A stretch of 64,000 bases of DNA from Peribolospora baueri (lineage: Eukaryota), in NCBI GenBank assembly GCA_029717555.1, contig JAMDHS010000019.1:62001-126000 (forward strand), given 5' to 3'. Shown here in pieces: positions 1 through 14,462 of this stretch. Every line of letters starts with the position of its first letter. Positions within the stretch are counted from its first letter, which is position 1. The translations under genes and the position numbers were made by a program. Below the pieces are notes generated by a model, which was not told where the DNA came from, did not search any database, and was given only the letters and a program-made list of their open reading frames with translations.

Positions 1-51
1 ATGGATGGACATACATACTGACTGTTCGAACCGTGATGTGCTGTGAGACAG

Positions 52-2145
52 GTGTCGCCCATCGTGCGAGTCGCATTGGAACCCGCTGAGCCTTGTGAGT
101 GATTGATTGGTGCTGCTCGCGTCCTGACGACAGTGTGTGCCCCTTGCTCAGTCGCGTACCTAACGTCCACAGCCGACATGCCCAAGCTCGTGGAGGGCTT
201 GCGTCTCCTGAACCAGGCAGATCCGTGCGTCGAGATCCTCGTTCAGGAGACTGGCGAACACGTCATTCTAGGCGCAGGCGAGCTTCATCTTGAGGTAAGT
301 TTGACCCTCCTGACTTAGCCCCCGTGGACATATTGGCTGTGCGCGCTGACGATCGTGCCATGTCTCTTTTATTCCCGCCCGCAGCGCTGTCTCAGGGATC
401 TGCAAGAACGCTTTGCGAAATGCGAGGTTCAAGCATCGCAGCCAATCGTCCCCTTCCGGGAAACCGCCGTCAAAGCTCCCGACATGGCTCCTCCGAAATC
501 CAAAGACGCTCCTCGAGGCACCGTGCACGGCGCTGTGGCCAATTCGCTAGTTACCTATACCGTGCGCGTCGTGCCGTTGCCGGAAGAGGTTACGGCGTTT
601 CTCATCGCCAACGTGCGCAACATCAGGCGCTTTCAGCAGGACCACCGGCGTGGCGAAGGTTCGATCGTGGACGAGGACTTGGAAGAGGGCGAAGAAGGGA
701 CGGGGATAGATCTGTCATCGGCGATCGCTGTTAAACCGGATCAGTTCTGGCCCAAGCTCGCCGACCTACTCAGTAAAGCAGGACCGGAGTGGCGCGACGT
801 CGTTGACAAGATCTGGGCTTTCGGTCCCAGACGAGTGGGGCCGAACCTACTCGTCGACCGTGGCGACCTTCTCACGCGGTCGTGAGTGCTCCTTGCAGCA
901 TTTTTTTGCCCTACCCTTCGACTTGTGTTGCTGATAGCAAGCTTTCATTATCTACAGGCTTCGACAGCGAACGGATGAGAGACGTCTAGCGGGCCCTTCC
1001 TCTGGTCCCGCCTCGCGTCGCGGAGACGAGGCAGTCGACGAAGAACGTTTGCTCGAGCAAGCGCTACAGGCGGTCAGCATCAGCGAAGGGGGCCATGCGG
1101 CTAGCCAGCCTTCGCGTGTATCTTGGACCTCTCGAGATCTGAACGAGAGCATCGACGCTGGCTTTCAGCTTGCCACGCTGCAAGGTCCGCTGTGCTCTGA
1201 GCCCGTCCAAGGCATGGCGTACTTCGTCGAGAAGGTGGAGTTGGACAAAGAGGAAGCGAGCAAGGAGAATGGTGAGTGAGCAACCCCGCGATCGAGCCGT
1301 TTGTTTCGATGCCTCCCGAGCTGACCGCTAAATTGCATCGCCTGTAGTGCGCTCCAAGCTTTCGCAAGTCACCGGCTCGCTGATCACCTCCGTCAAGGAG
1401 GCGTGCCGGAACGGCCTATTAGACTGGTCGCCGCGACTCATGTTGGCGATGTACACGTGTGACATTCAAGCATCTAGTGAGTTGGACACTTGTCTCAGAC
1501 AATTCGGATGCATTGGCGTAGTATCTCCCTTAACCTTTCTTTGTACATTCGGTATCGCGCTTGTTCAGCTGACGTGCTGGGCAAGGTGTACGCGGTCGTG
1601 GCGCGACGAAGAGGGCGAATCACGTCGGAAGAGATGAAGGAGGGCACTTCCTTCTTCACTATCCGCGCTCTTCTTCCCGTCGTCGAGAGCTTCGGTTTCG
1701 CAGACGGTGAGCTTCTCTCACGAACGTTCGACGATCGTCGACTGGGCAGGACTGACAAGGACCCGCCCACCCGTCGCCTCTTCTTAACTCCACCAGATAT
1801 CCGGAAACGCACTTCCGGTGCCGCGAGCCCTCAACTGGTGTTCAGCGGCTTCGAGATGTACCCGCAGGATCCTTTCTGGGTGCCCACGACGGAGGAGGAG
1901 CTCGAGGATCTAGGCGAGAAGAGCGATCGTGAAAACGTGGCCAAGAAGTACATGGATGCGGTGCGGAAGCGCAAGGTGAGTGGCGGGCATCATTCGAGCC
2001 GGCAACAACACATCGTTGTCGAGCTTGGGTCTCACTGGCTTGTCTTCTCCTCGGGTCGTTCCTCGTTCGCCTCTCGCAGGGGTTGTTCGTGTCGAACCGG
2101 ATGGTAGAACACGCAGAGAAACAGCGCACGCTGAAGAAGAATTGA
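52..2145 (+). CDS. EFL1: Elongation factor-like GTPase 1 (Ria1/Efl1, 60S maturation), C-terminal part; 5' end lies outside the window
   Basis: Exons 52-94, 173-294, 385-881, 958-1271, 1348-1476, 1569-1706, 1797-1975 and 2080-2145, all GT-AG and in phase. They give [112 protein letters not shown] and the C-terminus [13 protein letters not shown], which is the Efl1-type EF-2 paralogue signature. Confidence 0.95.
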
Positions 2146-2580
2146 GCGACTCGTTCCTTCAGCTCCTGAAGGAACGAGCAAGAGGGGGGGGGCGAATATA
2201 ATACCGCGAGGACCGCGCGAGCGCGTTTAGAGCAGGGACGAAGCCCTCTTTTATTTGCTACAGAGTGGAAACGAAGAGTTGTTTCGCAATTATGCACGCT
2301 CTTCGGCGTTTCTATCAGTGAGAGTTTCTCATCACGCATGCTCAAGGCCGCAGCGTGCCAGCGCAACGCATCCTGAGAGCTATTCGAGCATCGCATGTTC
2401 TTATCTATAGACGGTAAATGATAGCCTGCTACATGAGGACGTGCGGTAGAGGAGGGAGTAGGAGTGAGGCCGAAGGAAGGTACCAAGTGGTACGTACAGG
2501 CAATTCCGTCCACGTCTTCGAGCTGATCTCGCGCGTCTCAGGAAGGCAGGACGGAAAGGAAGGGATACAGGGGCGGGCAT

Positions 2581-2905
2581 CTACAAAACAGGGTCCTGGA
2601 CAGGCAGGTGGCTGTGGGACCCTGGGCCTCCGTGGGTCTCGAAATCTGTAATGTCATGAGAGCAAACAAAATAGAACTCGGTGAGTGTCGATCAACCCCG
2701 GTCGATGGCCAAGCTGAGCTGATGTGACCGCAAACTAACCCTTAGGGTCCTTGCTCGCCACGGTGGCCCTGCGGGCTGAGCCCCCATCCTCGTGCTCGCC
2801 CTTGACGTCCTTGACCGCGTTCTCCTCCCTTCGCTTGGCGTCGAATTGCTCCAGCTCCTCGTACGTCTGCGCCACAGGCTTCGGGTTCTCGAAGGTCCTT
2901 TCCAT
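2581..2905 (-). CDS. Small (76 aa) hydrophilic hypothetical protein, 2 exons
   Basis: ATG at 2905 in a good context (cccatcATGg). Exon 2905-2740, intron 2739-2646 (GTTAGT...TTACAG), exon 2645-2581. Product: MERTFENPKPVAQTYEELEQFDAKRREENAVKDVKGEHEDGGSARRATVASKDPKDFETHGGPGSHSHLPVQDPVL*. The phase is consistent across the junction. Confidence 0.65.
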
Positions 2906-3103
2906 GATGGGCGAGCAGTTTGTGGCGTTGGTCTTGCGGCCGCGATATGGGTGCGATGTGATGAGTGGTTGCTGTTTGTGTGAGGAGGATAGCGTCGGCC
3001 GTCTGATGCGCTCCTTAAGAAGTCTCTCGTCGAGGCCAACGTCGATCTCGACGTTGAGTGTCCTTCTTGTTATGACCAACCATGATCGCTCGACACCTCC
3101 ACT

Positions 3104-3111
3104 TGACGTCA
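3104..3111. promoter_or_regulatory. Perfect CRE/ATF palindrome TGACGTCA in the divergent promoter between the 76-aa gene and RIX7
   Basis: Exact TGACGTCA about 200 bp upstream of both ATGs (2905 on minus, 3310 on plus). Function is inferred only. Confidence 0.4.
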
Positions 3112-3309
3112 CTCGCCCATCCAATCGCAGCGGAAGCCGATCGCACCGATGCTCCGGAGATACGCGGGGAAAACAAAATACTGCGGCATCCGAGTGCTCC
3201 GTGCGCGACGCTGGATCAAAATTTCCTTTTGCCGAGGCTGAACGTCGACCTCCGCGCAAGTGGTCTGCCTTTTTGCTCGCTTAGCCGCCTCTCCCCTGCG
3301 CTGAGCATC

Positions 3310-6454
<3,145 letters not shown>

Positions 6455-6695
6455 CGTAGGGTTCGGAGTTCCTATACCGCATGTTGAAAAAAAAAAGATC
6501 GACCTGGCATAGCACTAGATTACGTAGACATGGCATTCTTCCGGAACGACGTGCGTTCTATCTTCTATCGACTAGGACCGCCACGGGCACGGGCGCGGTG
6601 AAAATCTATGAATGGGTCGGTCGAAAGCGGTCTATATAGTCTAAGCCGTCGGTCGACGAAGCGGTGGAAGCGAGAACGGGGCGGGGCGTAGTAGG

Positions 6696-7784
6696 CTAGC
6701 TTCGCTCCTCGGGTTTGAGGCCAATATCCTCCCACCACACGTCAGAGGTGGCGATCCAATCGGCCATCATCTTCTTGATCGACGCGTCGTCCAAGCTGAG
6801 ATGGAGAAAAAAAAACCAAGGTCAGCAATATGTAGCGGAACAAAGAGATCGGGACCCGTGATCGTCACCGTCGTCGCCCTCGCCATACCGCCCACTTTTT
6901 CGGAATCGTTGTGATGCATTGACGACGACAACACTCACTTGACGACCTCGACGCCTTTGGACCGGAGCAAGTCCTCTCCGCCGACAAAGTTTGCATTCTC
7001 GCCCATGACGACCCGAGGGATCTGGTAGAGGACACACGTGGCGGAGCACATCTGCGGGCAAGGCGAGGCGAAACGAGGAGAGGATAGGGAGGGAAGGGAG
7101 AAAGGAAGGAAGGATGTAAGGGCGGAAAAAAAGTTCCCTCGGCCAGCCGGAAGAAAAAGAGCGGCCGGAGCGAGGACGCACGATACAAGGGGACAAAGTG
7201 GTGTACATGGTGCACTCTCTTAGGAGGCCCATCCCCCCTTCCTCTGGCTTGACGCGACCCAGGTTCTCGAGACAGCTCATCTGATGACGAGCGCGTTTGA
7301 TCGACGCGCAGGAGAAGGAAAGCGGGAGAGTCAGGTCAGAAGAAAAGGAAGAGAAGAGAGGAGCGTTGGAGCGTCGTCGGGTCGCTCACCTCGGCGTGCA
7401 GGGTGTTGGAATTGCCTGTGGTAGGGAGCGGAGTGGGCGAAAGAGAGGAGACGGGGGCATGCGGCGGTGGGTCAGAGCGAGAAGTGCGATGGCGGTTTGG
7501 CTGGCTCGGCGGGACTAGACTAGACTGGACGGCGGACGGACGACGCACGTTGGACTCTCATGTTGTGGCCGCTGGCCAGGACCTTGCCGGTGGGGTTGTG
7601 CACGAGCACGGCGCCGATGGGGATGCCGCTGGGACGAGAAAGAGAAGGAATGGAGAAGGAGAGGGGTGTGAGTGAAGGAGCGCAGGAAAACCGTGGCGGT
7701 GGGGAGGATTCACCCTTCTGCAAGGCCGTGCTTGGCCTCTTGGAATGCGAGGGCGAGGTTGTCGGCGTCGTTGGGCTTGGCCAT
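6696..7784 (-). CDS. FCY1: Cytosine deaminase, 6 exons
   Basis: Spliced product MAKPNDADNLALAFQEAKHGLAEGGIPIGAVLV...GHNMRVQRNSNTLHAEMSCLENLGR...MYTTLSPCIMCSATCVLYQIPRVVMGENANFVGGEDLLRSKGVEVVNLDDASIKKMMADWIATSDVWWEDIGLKPEERS*. It has the zinc-binding HAE and PCxxC motifs and the yeast-type WxEDIG C-terminal helix. Confidence 0.93.
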
Positions 7785-9294
7785 GCCGAGCAAGAAGGTG
7801 GAGAGGGAGAGGGAAAAGCGATTGCGGACGCCGGACGAGGGATGGATAGTGGTCCTTGCAAGCAAGCGCAAGCAACAAAATCGCGGTGGGACGGGTGTGC
7901 CGCAGCGAGATGTAAGATGATGATAGGTACCGCGCAGATAAGACAAAAAAACGGGCGGCGGTCCGGCTGGACGGACACGCAAGGGCAAGGCATCATCATC
8001 GGTCGGCCGGTCGTCTGGATCGATATATTGTCTGCTTCTGCGAAGCTGCCCTCCCTCTGTCGATCCGTCGTGCCTGCCTGTCTGATCGTCCCATCACTTG
8101 CCGCCTGATCGAGTGTCATAATGGGACCGCCCGCTGGGAGACGACGGGCCCGTGCGCGGGCTGGCCGGAACAAGGTCGGCGGCCCGTGTATTCATCCATC
8201 CATCCATCCATTCATTCATTCATTCATTCATTCATTCATTCTTCTTCTGCGGCAAGAGGACAGACCGGATCGTCCGTCATCGGCCGTCCGCCAGGTGCCG
8301 TCGGTTATGAGCGAGGGACGCTTGGCGTGGGATGTTTGTGCGACGGACGGATGATGGTGCCGTAGCCGACGCCGTACTGTACAGTACAGCACGGCGGTGT
8401 GTCTTCGAGAGTGTAATTACATTTACTAGCACGGACATGAATCTCGGGGCTTGCTTGGGGAAGGGGAAGGGGGGCGTCGCGTAGGCTGGACTACTACCGA
8501 GTCGTGCTGTACCGTGCACGGCAAAGGGGGACGAACGCGAGCGTGGCGCCTACTCCTAACTCCCTACTCCCTCCTCCTTCCGCACCCGAGCACCCGAACC
8601 CGAGCCACCACTCGTCCTCGCACACGCTCGCCTCGGTGGCCATCTCCGTCATGCGATGCGCGCCGCCAAATAGTACGCTCGGCGGAGACGGGGGCCGGGA
8701 AGGAGAGGGCTGGGTGCTAGGCGAGGAGGGACAGACAGACAGAGAGGATAGTAGGGCGCTCGCTCGACTGGACTGGCGGTCGTACCGGACGGACGGCGGT
8801 GTGCGAGGGCGAGCGAGCCAGCAAGAACGTTCTCTTCCCTCGGACAAGGCAAGCCGCAGCACCGCAGCGCCGCAGCGCCACCCTGCGTCGTCTATGCGCG
8901 CTCGCCGACGCCGCCGCTCGTCTACGCCGCCTAGCTGAGCCGAGCATCCCCCAGGCTCGCTGCGTCCGCCGCCAGCAGGCCTTCCTTTCTTCTGCTTCCT
9001 TCGCCCGGACACAACGTCGACGGACACCACACCATCTCCATCTCATTGATTCCCAACCCGACGCTCCTTCCTCTGTTCCTCCTTCGTGTTCATGCCTGCG
9101 GACGGCCCGGGGCAAGGGACGGACGACAGGACAAGGACAAGGACGACGACGTCGACGACGGCGGCCCCATCGCCCAGTTAAGACTTCCTTCCGCGCCGCC
9201 CTGTCTGAGTGTTGAGTGAGACACGCCCACCCCGTCTCGCACCTTCATTTTGCCCCCTTCCCCCTTCCTCCTTTCTCCTCCTCCCCGCCTTCGC

Positions 9295-12200
9295 ATGCCG
9301 CCGACCAGGACGGCGTTCGTACAAGCTATCCTCGACCCAAAGCCCTCGCCTCACCGTCTCGTCGACGGCCCCTCTCGTCGCAACCGTCCCTATCGACGCC
9401 CCCTCTCCTATCCCCAAGCCTACACTCCTCCTCCCATCTCCCCCGCCTCGACCTCGGCCATCATCATGAGCGCTGCCACCGAAGTCAACTCGGCCGCGCC
9501 CGGCTCCATCTCCATCTCCTCCGCCGGCTTCCCGCGCACCAGAGGCGGCAGCGTCGGCAGGCACCCTACTCCGCCCTCTTCATTCCCCGGAGGCAGCATC
9601 GCCGAGCTTCGCGCGAGAATCAATGGCGGCGGCCATGCCCATAACGCCAGCGCCAGCGCCTACGCCAACGCCAACACCAGCTCGCCAGGTCGCTCCAGCA
9701 GCATCACCGGCCTCCCCAATTCGAGCTCGCACAGCCTCTTGTCTCGCGCCTCTAACGGCCCCCACTCCGGCAAGCCCTCCGGAGGCTCGCGGTCCAAGGG
9801 CGATTATGACGAGTACGAGGATCTCCTCGACAATGACGACGACCCCGTCTTCAGCCGCCGCCATGGGAATCGTCAGACGGCCCGCGATAGCACCATCGCA
9901 CAGTCCTCCACCGCCGCTCTCGCCGACTTTCTCATGTCCACCGGCCCCGACTCCGGCGGTGGACCAGCGCCGTCCGTGGCCTCGGCCGACATGCATTCGA
10001 GCACGCCTCGCAGGAGCGTGCGCAAGTTCGCCTCTGCCTTCGGCCTCGGCCTCGGCAGGCGCGAGAGCAAGAAGAGCTTGCCCAGCTTCGCGTCCCCTTC
10101 TCTGAACGATGCCGCCGCCTCCGCCAACGCCGCCGCCTCACCGCCGGTCAATATCCCCGGTCTGGAGCGCAAGATGCTACCGAACGGCAAATTCTACTAC
10201 TCCATCCCTTCCCATGCCGGCACCAACTCTTCCTCTCGTCCCTCCCAAAACGCCACCGCCGCCACCAAGTCCAACACCGCTGCCGCCGTCCAGACTCAGG
10301 CCGATGATGTGCCCCCGTGTCCGCCGCAGAAACCGCAGTCACTATCCAAACCGCACCCCGCGGCCGGCGGTCAGACGAACGGTGCCCATCCGAGGAGCGA
10401 CTTGGCCGCCTCGATGGGCATGGGTCCCGGAAGCATGTTTGCCAGTCCGCCCAACAGCCCCAGTCCCGGTCAAGCCTCCAAGCCGACCACCGTCAGGTCG
10501 ACCAACGGCTCCAAGCTCAGCGATAGTCGCGCCAAGGATCGCGGCCCGCACCCGCCTTCTTCGGCCGCTCAGGCTTCCGCCGTGTCCGCTGTTCTCGAAC
10601 CTCCCAGCAGTCCCATCTCAGTGCAGCCGCCATCGCCCACGTCGCCCATGCCTTTGGCCCAGGACCAGCAGCAGCATCAACATCAATATCAACAGCAGCA
10701 GCAGGTTCCACCTCCGTCCCCAAAATACGTTCCGCCTCCGTCTCCCACCGGGTTGCATGACAAGCGACCCTCATCCCCGATCGACGCCGGCTGGATCCCG
10801 CGCCCGTCAAGCAGGCTCTCGGGCAACTACACCTTTTCGTACGCCAACAGCACGCCCATGAAGCCTCCTCCCGAGGGGCCCTTACCGGACCCGAGCAAGC
10901 CGTCGCCGACGCCGACTTTGAGCGAACGCGGCGGCGGCACAGCGGCCGCCCCAGAGGAGGATGTCGACCCTCAACTCAAACAGGTCAAGGCGAGGGCAGC
11001 AGCGCTAGCCCAGCTCTCCGGACCCGAGTCGGTGCCCACGAGCCCGGCTATTTCGAGCCCCGGAATAGGCTCAAGGAAGGGGTCCATCCGCCGCAAACCC
11101 CCGCCGACGTTGACCGAAAAGGACCTCGCTAGCGGCTTCGCAAGCCCCGAACAATCACCGGCGCTCGCTTCGTCCAACGGCGCGATGGCGAACAGTCCAA
11201 ACGACTTTACCGAAGGGTCTCGACCGACGACCTCCTCTTCGGGACGTGGCGCTGTCGCTCGCGGCCAGAAGGGTCTCCCCACTCCTCCGCCCAGCGCCCA
11301 AGACGTCGCTTCTCTCGCCGACGGCGGCGTGCTCCGACCCGTTCCCGTGCGAAGCCACTTTGGCGTCCATGCGAAAAAGTCTTCTTCTGAGGTCCTCCAT
11401 CCCAGCCACTTTTCTCGGCCCGGCAGCAGGGGCGGTCTGCAGCAGCAACAGCAGCAGCAGCCGCAGTCGCAGCAGCAGCATCAGCACCAAGCCGAGTTGC
11501 CTTCGTCTCCTGCATCTCCCCAGCGTTCTGAGAGTTCCCGCCCCGGTCGATCGCCTCACCAGTACCACGGGTCGTCCTCCCCCCCGATCGATGCTGGCAA
11601 GGAAGAGTGGGCGCCGTCTAGAGGGCCGGCTGTGCCGATGACGAGGAAGGACAGCGCGCGCGCCAAAGTGTCCATCGGCACCGAGGCCGGAGCCGACGGT
11701 CGTTCGAAAAGGCGCCCGCTTTCGACCGCCGTCCGTGGCCCTGTCGTCTCGCTCATAGGGCTTCCTGAGGCCGAGACCGAGTCGAAACGCGGCCTGGGCC
11801 TTTACGCCGACGAGACCGAGGATGGGACTGATCGGCGAGATGCCACCACCGGCAGGGAGGGAGGCACGACGGGGAGGCGAAGAAGTACTTCGGAGACGAC
11901 TTCGTCGTCCAGGAAGCGCTCCACCAAGAGGCATCCCACCGGCTCGTCGGAGCGCGACGGTTTGGCCCCTCTCGGCTTCTCCGCCGATACCCTCCTGGCC
12001 TCCTTGCCCGATCCCTCCTCTGTCCCCCTCCCTCCGCCTGAAGACCCGTCGGTGAACTCGCTCAACCCCGTCTCTTCTCCTCACCTCCTCTACGCTGCCT
12101 TGCTTGACAGCCGCGCTGCACGCTTCAGGCTCGAAGCCGCGTTGGCCGTACACAGAGAGAGGACGGAGATGATGGCGAACAAGTGTTTGGAGTATCTCGC

Positions 12201-12924
12201 AGGCGGGGAGAAGGACAGAAGGGCTTGGGTCAAGGAGATGCGCGGCGTCGAGGAGCAGAGGAAGAGGGCCGAGGCGGCGACGTTGGCGGCGGCGTCGGCG
12301 GCGGCATCGGCTTCTAGGAAGGCGGATAAGCAAGCTAGTAGTAGGACCGCCGCTTCCGCTAGGCACCAGACATCTTCGTCCGGTAGCGAGTCGGTGTCCG
12401 AAGATGAAGCGGCGTCCGGCGCGGGCCCTGGCGGAGCGTCTGGGTCTGGCCCCGAGCCGAACGAGACGGACAAGGATGCTGAGGGGCCTTCCGTTAGCGT
12501 TTCCGGCGAGGGAGACGGCGAGGGCGAGGACCGGGGCGAGGGCGAGGACGACTTGGAGTCGCCCGCCCCTGCCAGTCCTGCCGGCGCGAGTGGACACCAT
12601 CACTTCCGCCCCGACGTGCTCACCGAGAACGAGGACGATGGCAAGGCGGGTGAGGCGGAGGCCAGCGCCGCTTCCCGTCCGGCTGACGGAGCTGCGAACG
12701 GAGCTGGCGACGACCACAACGATGACCACGTCGTTCAAGGTGACGCGGCTGCCACTCCTACCATCCCCAAGGAGCTCCAGAACGGCTCCATCGACGCTTC
12801 TTCCTCCGCCGCCGAGCCTTCTCCCGCCTCAGGCGCCCCGGAGGAGAGCAAGGAGGAAGAAGAGGGCGCGGAGGAGAGGGAGCGGGTTGCCAAGGCCAAC
12901 TTGGGCGAGACTGGCCTGCTCTGA
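9295..12924 (+). CDS. Large Ser/Pro/Gln-rich, largely disordered hypothetical protein (about 1150-1210 aa); alternative start at 9466
   Basis: Uninterrupted 3.6-kb ORF with coding-like composition and polyQ tracts. It has a short helical motif (STAALADFLMSTGP), a predicted helical/coiled segment near 12080-12330 and an acidic tail. No domain recognised. Confidence 0.85.
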   Translation: MPPTRTAFVQAILDPKPSPHRLVDGPSRRNRPYRRPLSYPQAYTPPPISPASTSAIIMSAATEVNSAAPGSISISSAGFPRTRGGSVGRHPTPPSSFPGGSIAELRARINGGGHAHNASASAYANANTSSPGRSSSITGLPNSSSHSLLSRASNGPHSGKPSGGSRSKGDYDEYEDLLDNDDDPVFSRRHGNRQTARDSTIAQSSTAALADFLMSTGPDSGGGPAPSVASADMHSSTPRRSVRKFASAFGLGLGRRESKKSLPSFASPSLNDAAASANAAASPPVNIPGLERKMLPNGKFYYSIPSHAGTNSSSRPSQNATAATKSNTAAAVQTQADDVPPCPPQKPQSLSKPHPAAGGQTNGAHPRSDLAASMGMGPGSMFASPPNSPSPGQASKPTTVRSTNGSKLSDSRAKDRGPHPPSSAAQASAVSAVLEPPSSPISVQPPSPTSPMPLAQDQQQHQHQYQQQQQVPPPSPKYVPPPSPTGLHDKRPSSPIDAGWIPRPSSRLSGNYTFSYANSTPMKPPPEGPLPDPSKPSPTPTLSERGGGTAAAPEEDVDPQLKQVKARAAALAQLSGPESVPTSPAISSPGIGSRKGSIRRKPPPTLTEKDLASGFASPEQSPALASSNGAMANSPNDFTEGSRPTTSSSGRGAVARGQKGLPTPPPSAQDVASLADGGVLRPVPVRSHFGVHAKKSSSEVLHPSHFSRPGSRGGLQQQQQQQPQSQQQHQHQAELPSSPASPQRSESSRPGRSPHQYHGSSSPPIDAGKEEWAPSRGPAVPMTRKDSARAKVSIGTEAGADGRSKRRPLSTAVRGPVVSLIGLPEAETESKRGLGLYADETEDGTDRRDATTGREGGTTGRRRSTSETTSSSRKRSTKRHPTGSSERDGLAPLGFSADTLLASLPDPSSVPLPPPEDPSVNSLNPVSSPHLLYAALLDSRAARFRLEAALAVHRERTEMMANKCLEYLAGGEKDRRAWVKEMRGVEEQRKRAEAATLAAASAAASASRKADKQASSRTAASARHQTSSSGSESVSEDEAASGAGPGGASGSGPEPNETDKDAEGPSVSVSGEGDGEGEDRGEGEDDLESPAPASPAGASGHHHFRPDVLTENEDDGKAGEAEASAASRPADGAANGAGDDHNDDHVVQGDAAATPTIPKELQNGSIDASSSAAEPSPASGAPEESKEEEEGAEERERVAKANLGETGLL

Positions 12925-14462
12925 CGGTCGGCCAAGGCTCTCTTTTCTTCCTCGTGTTCGTCGTAAAAGTCGTTTATCTTCTGTTCTATCGTTCATTGTC
13001 GATTGGACTGGGACTCGCTTGGCCGGTTCCACGACGCTCTCGAATCCAAAATTTTGCTTTCGTTCCCTTGCTTCCTTTCTCTGTCCATCCAGCTTTCCGA
13101 CTTACCATCCCTTTGTCTTTTTTCCTTACTTCTCGCTTCGATCATCCGATCCCACTTTGGCAACTCTCGCTCGTCTTTACTCTTCGATGGACCTCTCGTC
13201 CTCTCTCTATCTCTCTGTGTGTGTGTGTGTGTCTGTGTGCGTCTCTCCGTTCCCTTTTCGTCGTGTCGCCCGCCTATCGTGGCCTGGGGTTTGGCACTCG
13301 ATGTCGTCGCTCCCTACTACCAGTTTCGTTTTTTCTGTCGCTCTCTCTTTTCCTCGCCTTTACCCCCCCGCCGCGTCTTTTTTTTTCGACTGGACGTGCT
13401 CGCTCGATCGGAATCGGTGCTATCACCCCCCCCCTTTTTCGGCCAAGCAACCCCCTTCCTTCCTTGTGGTTATCCATCCATCCCCGATACCGGGACGACC
13501 GGGACCGGGTCCGGAACCGGACCGTGCTTTCGTTCGTTTTGTCGTTTTCTTCTTCTTTCCCCTCGCTCCCTCGCTCCCTCGCTCCCTCGCTCCTCGGTTG
13601 AGTTGCAAAATAAGCGCTCGGCGCCCGCTCTCTCTCCTAAGCTTTTTTTTCTTTCGGTGTGAGTTCGTCTGTGAGACTAGAGGTAGAAAAAACGTGTCGC
13701 GTGGGAGTGGGTTCTGCTTGTGAACGGACGGACGATCGGCTCATCGCATCGTCCAAGTTCAAGTTGGACGAGGACGGGCGGGATACGGAGGAAGATGGCC
13801 AACCCCCCCTTCGTTCCTTCGTTCCTTCGTTCCTTTGTCTGCCGCCGCTCGAAATGGGGGACCCCGCCGGACGGACGGATGGACGGATGGACGGGGATGA
13901 GACTGAGACGTGTGTGTTCGATTTCTTTTCCGTCTCTTCCTTTCATATGTCTCGCTCGCTCGCTCCCTCCTCCGCGCCGGGCGGATCTATGGGAGTAAAA
14001 AGAAGCGCGCTCCTTGTCGGGATCATCGGGAGCGAGGTGTGATCTGATCGGGGCCCGGCCGGCGGTGGCGGGGGCGAAGCTGAGTCCATCACCAGAGATG
14101 ATGATGATGCACATACAGCACATGTCTCTCTCTCCTTCGTCATACCATCCGGACCATACCATACCACTCCGGACCAGGCCAGTCCAGTCCACAGTCGTAC
14201 GTACGTAGGTGGGCAGGGAGGTAGGAAGGAAGGAAGGTAGCTAGCTAGCTAGCCAGTGCGAGCACAGCGCACCCTCCCTCCTCGCTCGCTCGTCTGCCCC
14301 CGCTGTCTCCTTCCCGCCAGTCAGCCCGACGCGCCGTCGATCGCGATCGCCGCCTTCTACCAATCTCGTCGCCGCCTACACTCACACCACCACGGCCACC
14401 ACCTCCACCACCACCTTCCATCGCCCTCCACGGGCTTCAACTCGGGGACACGCCAGCATAGC

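Noticed and set aside
11155..12738. Long antisense and alternative-frame ORFs (e.g. 527 aa here, and 499/529 aa within 15700-19089)
   Set aside because: These are shadows of GC-rich real coding regions, with Arg/Gly-rich composition and no motifs.
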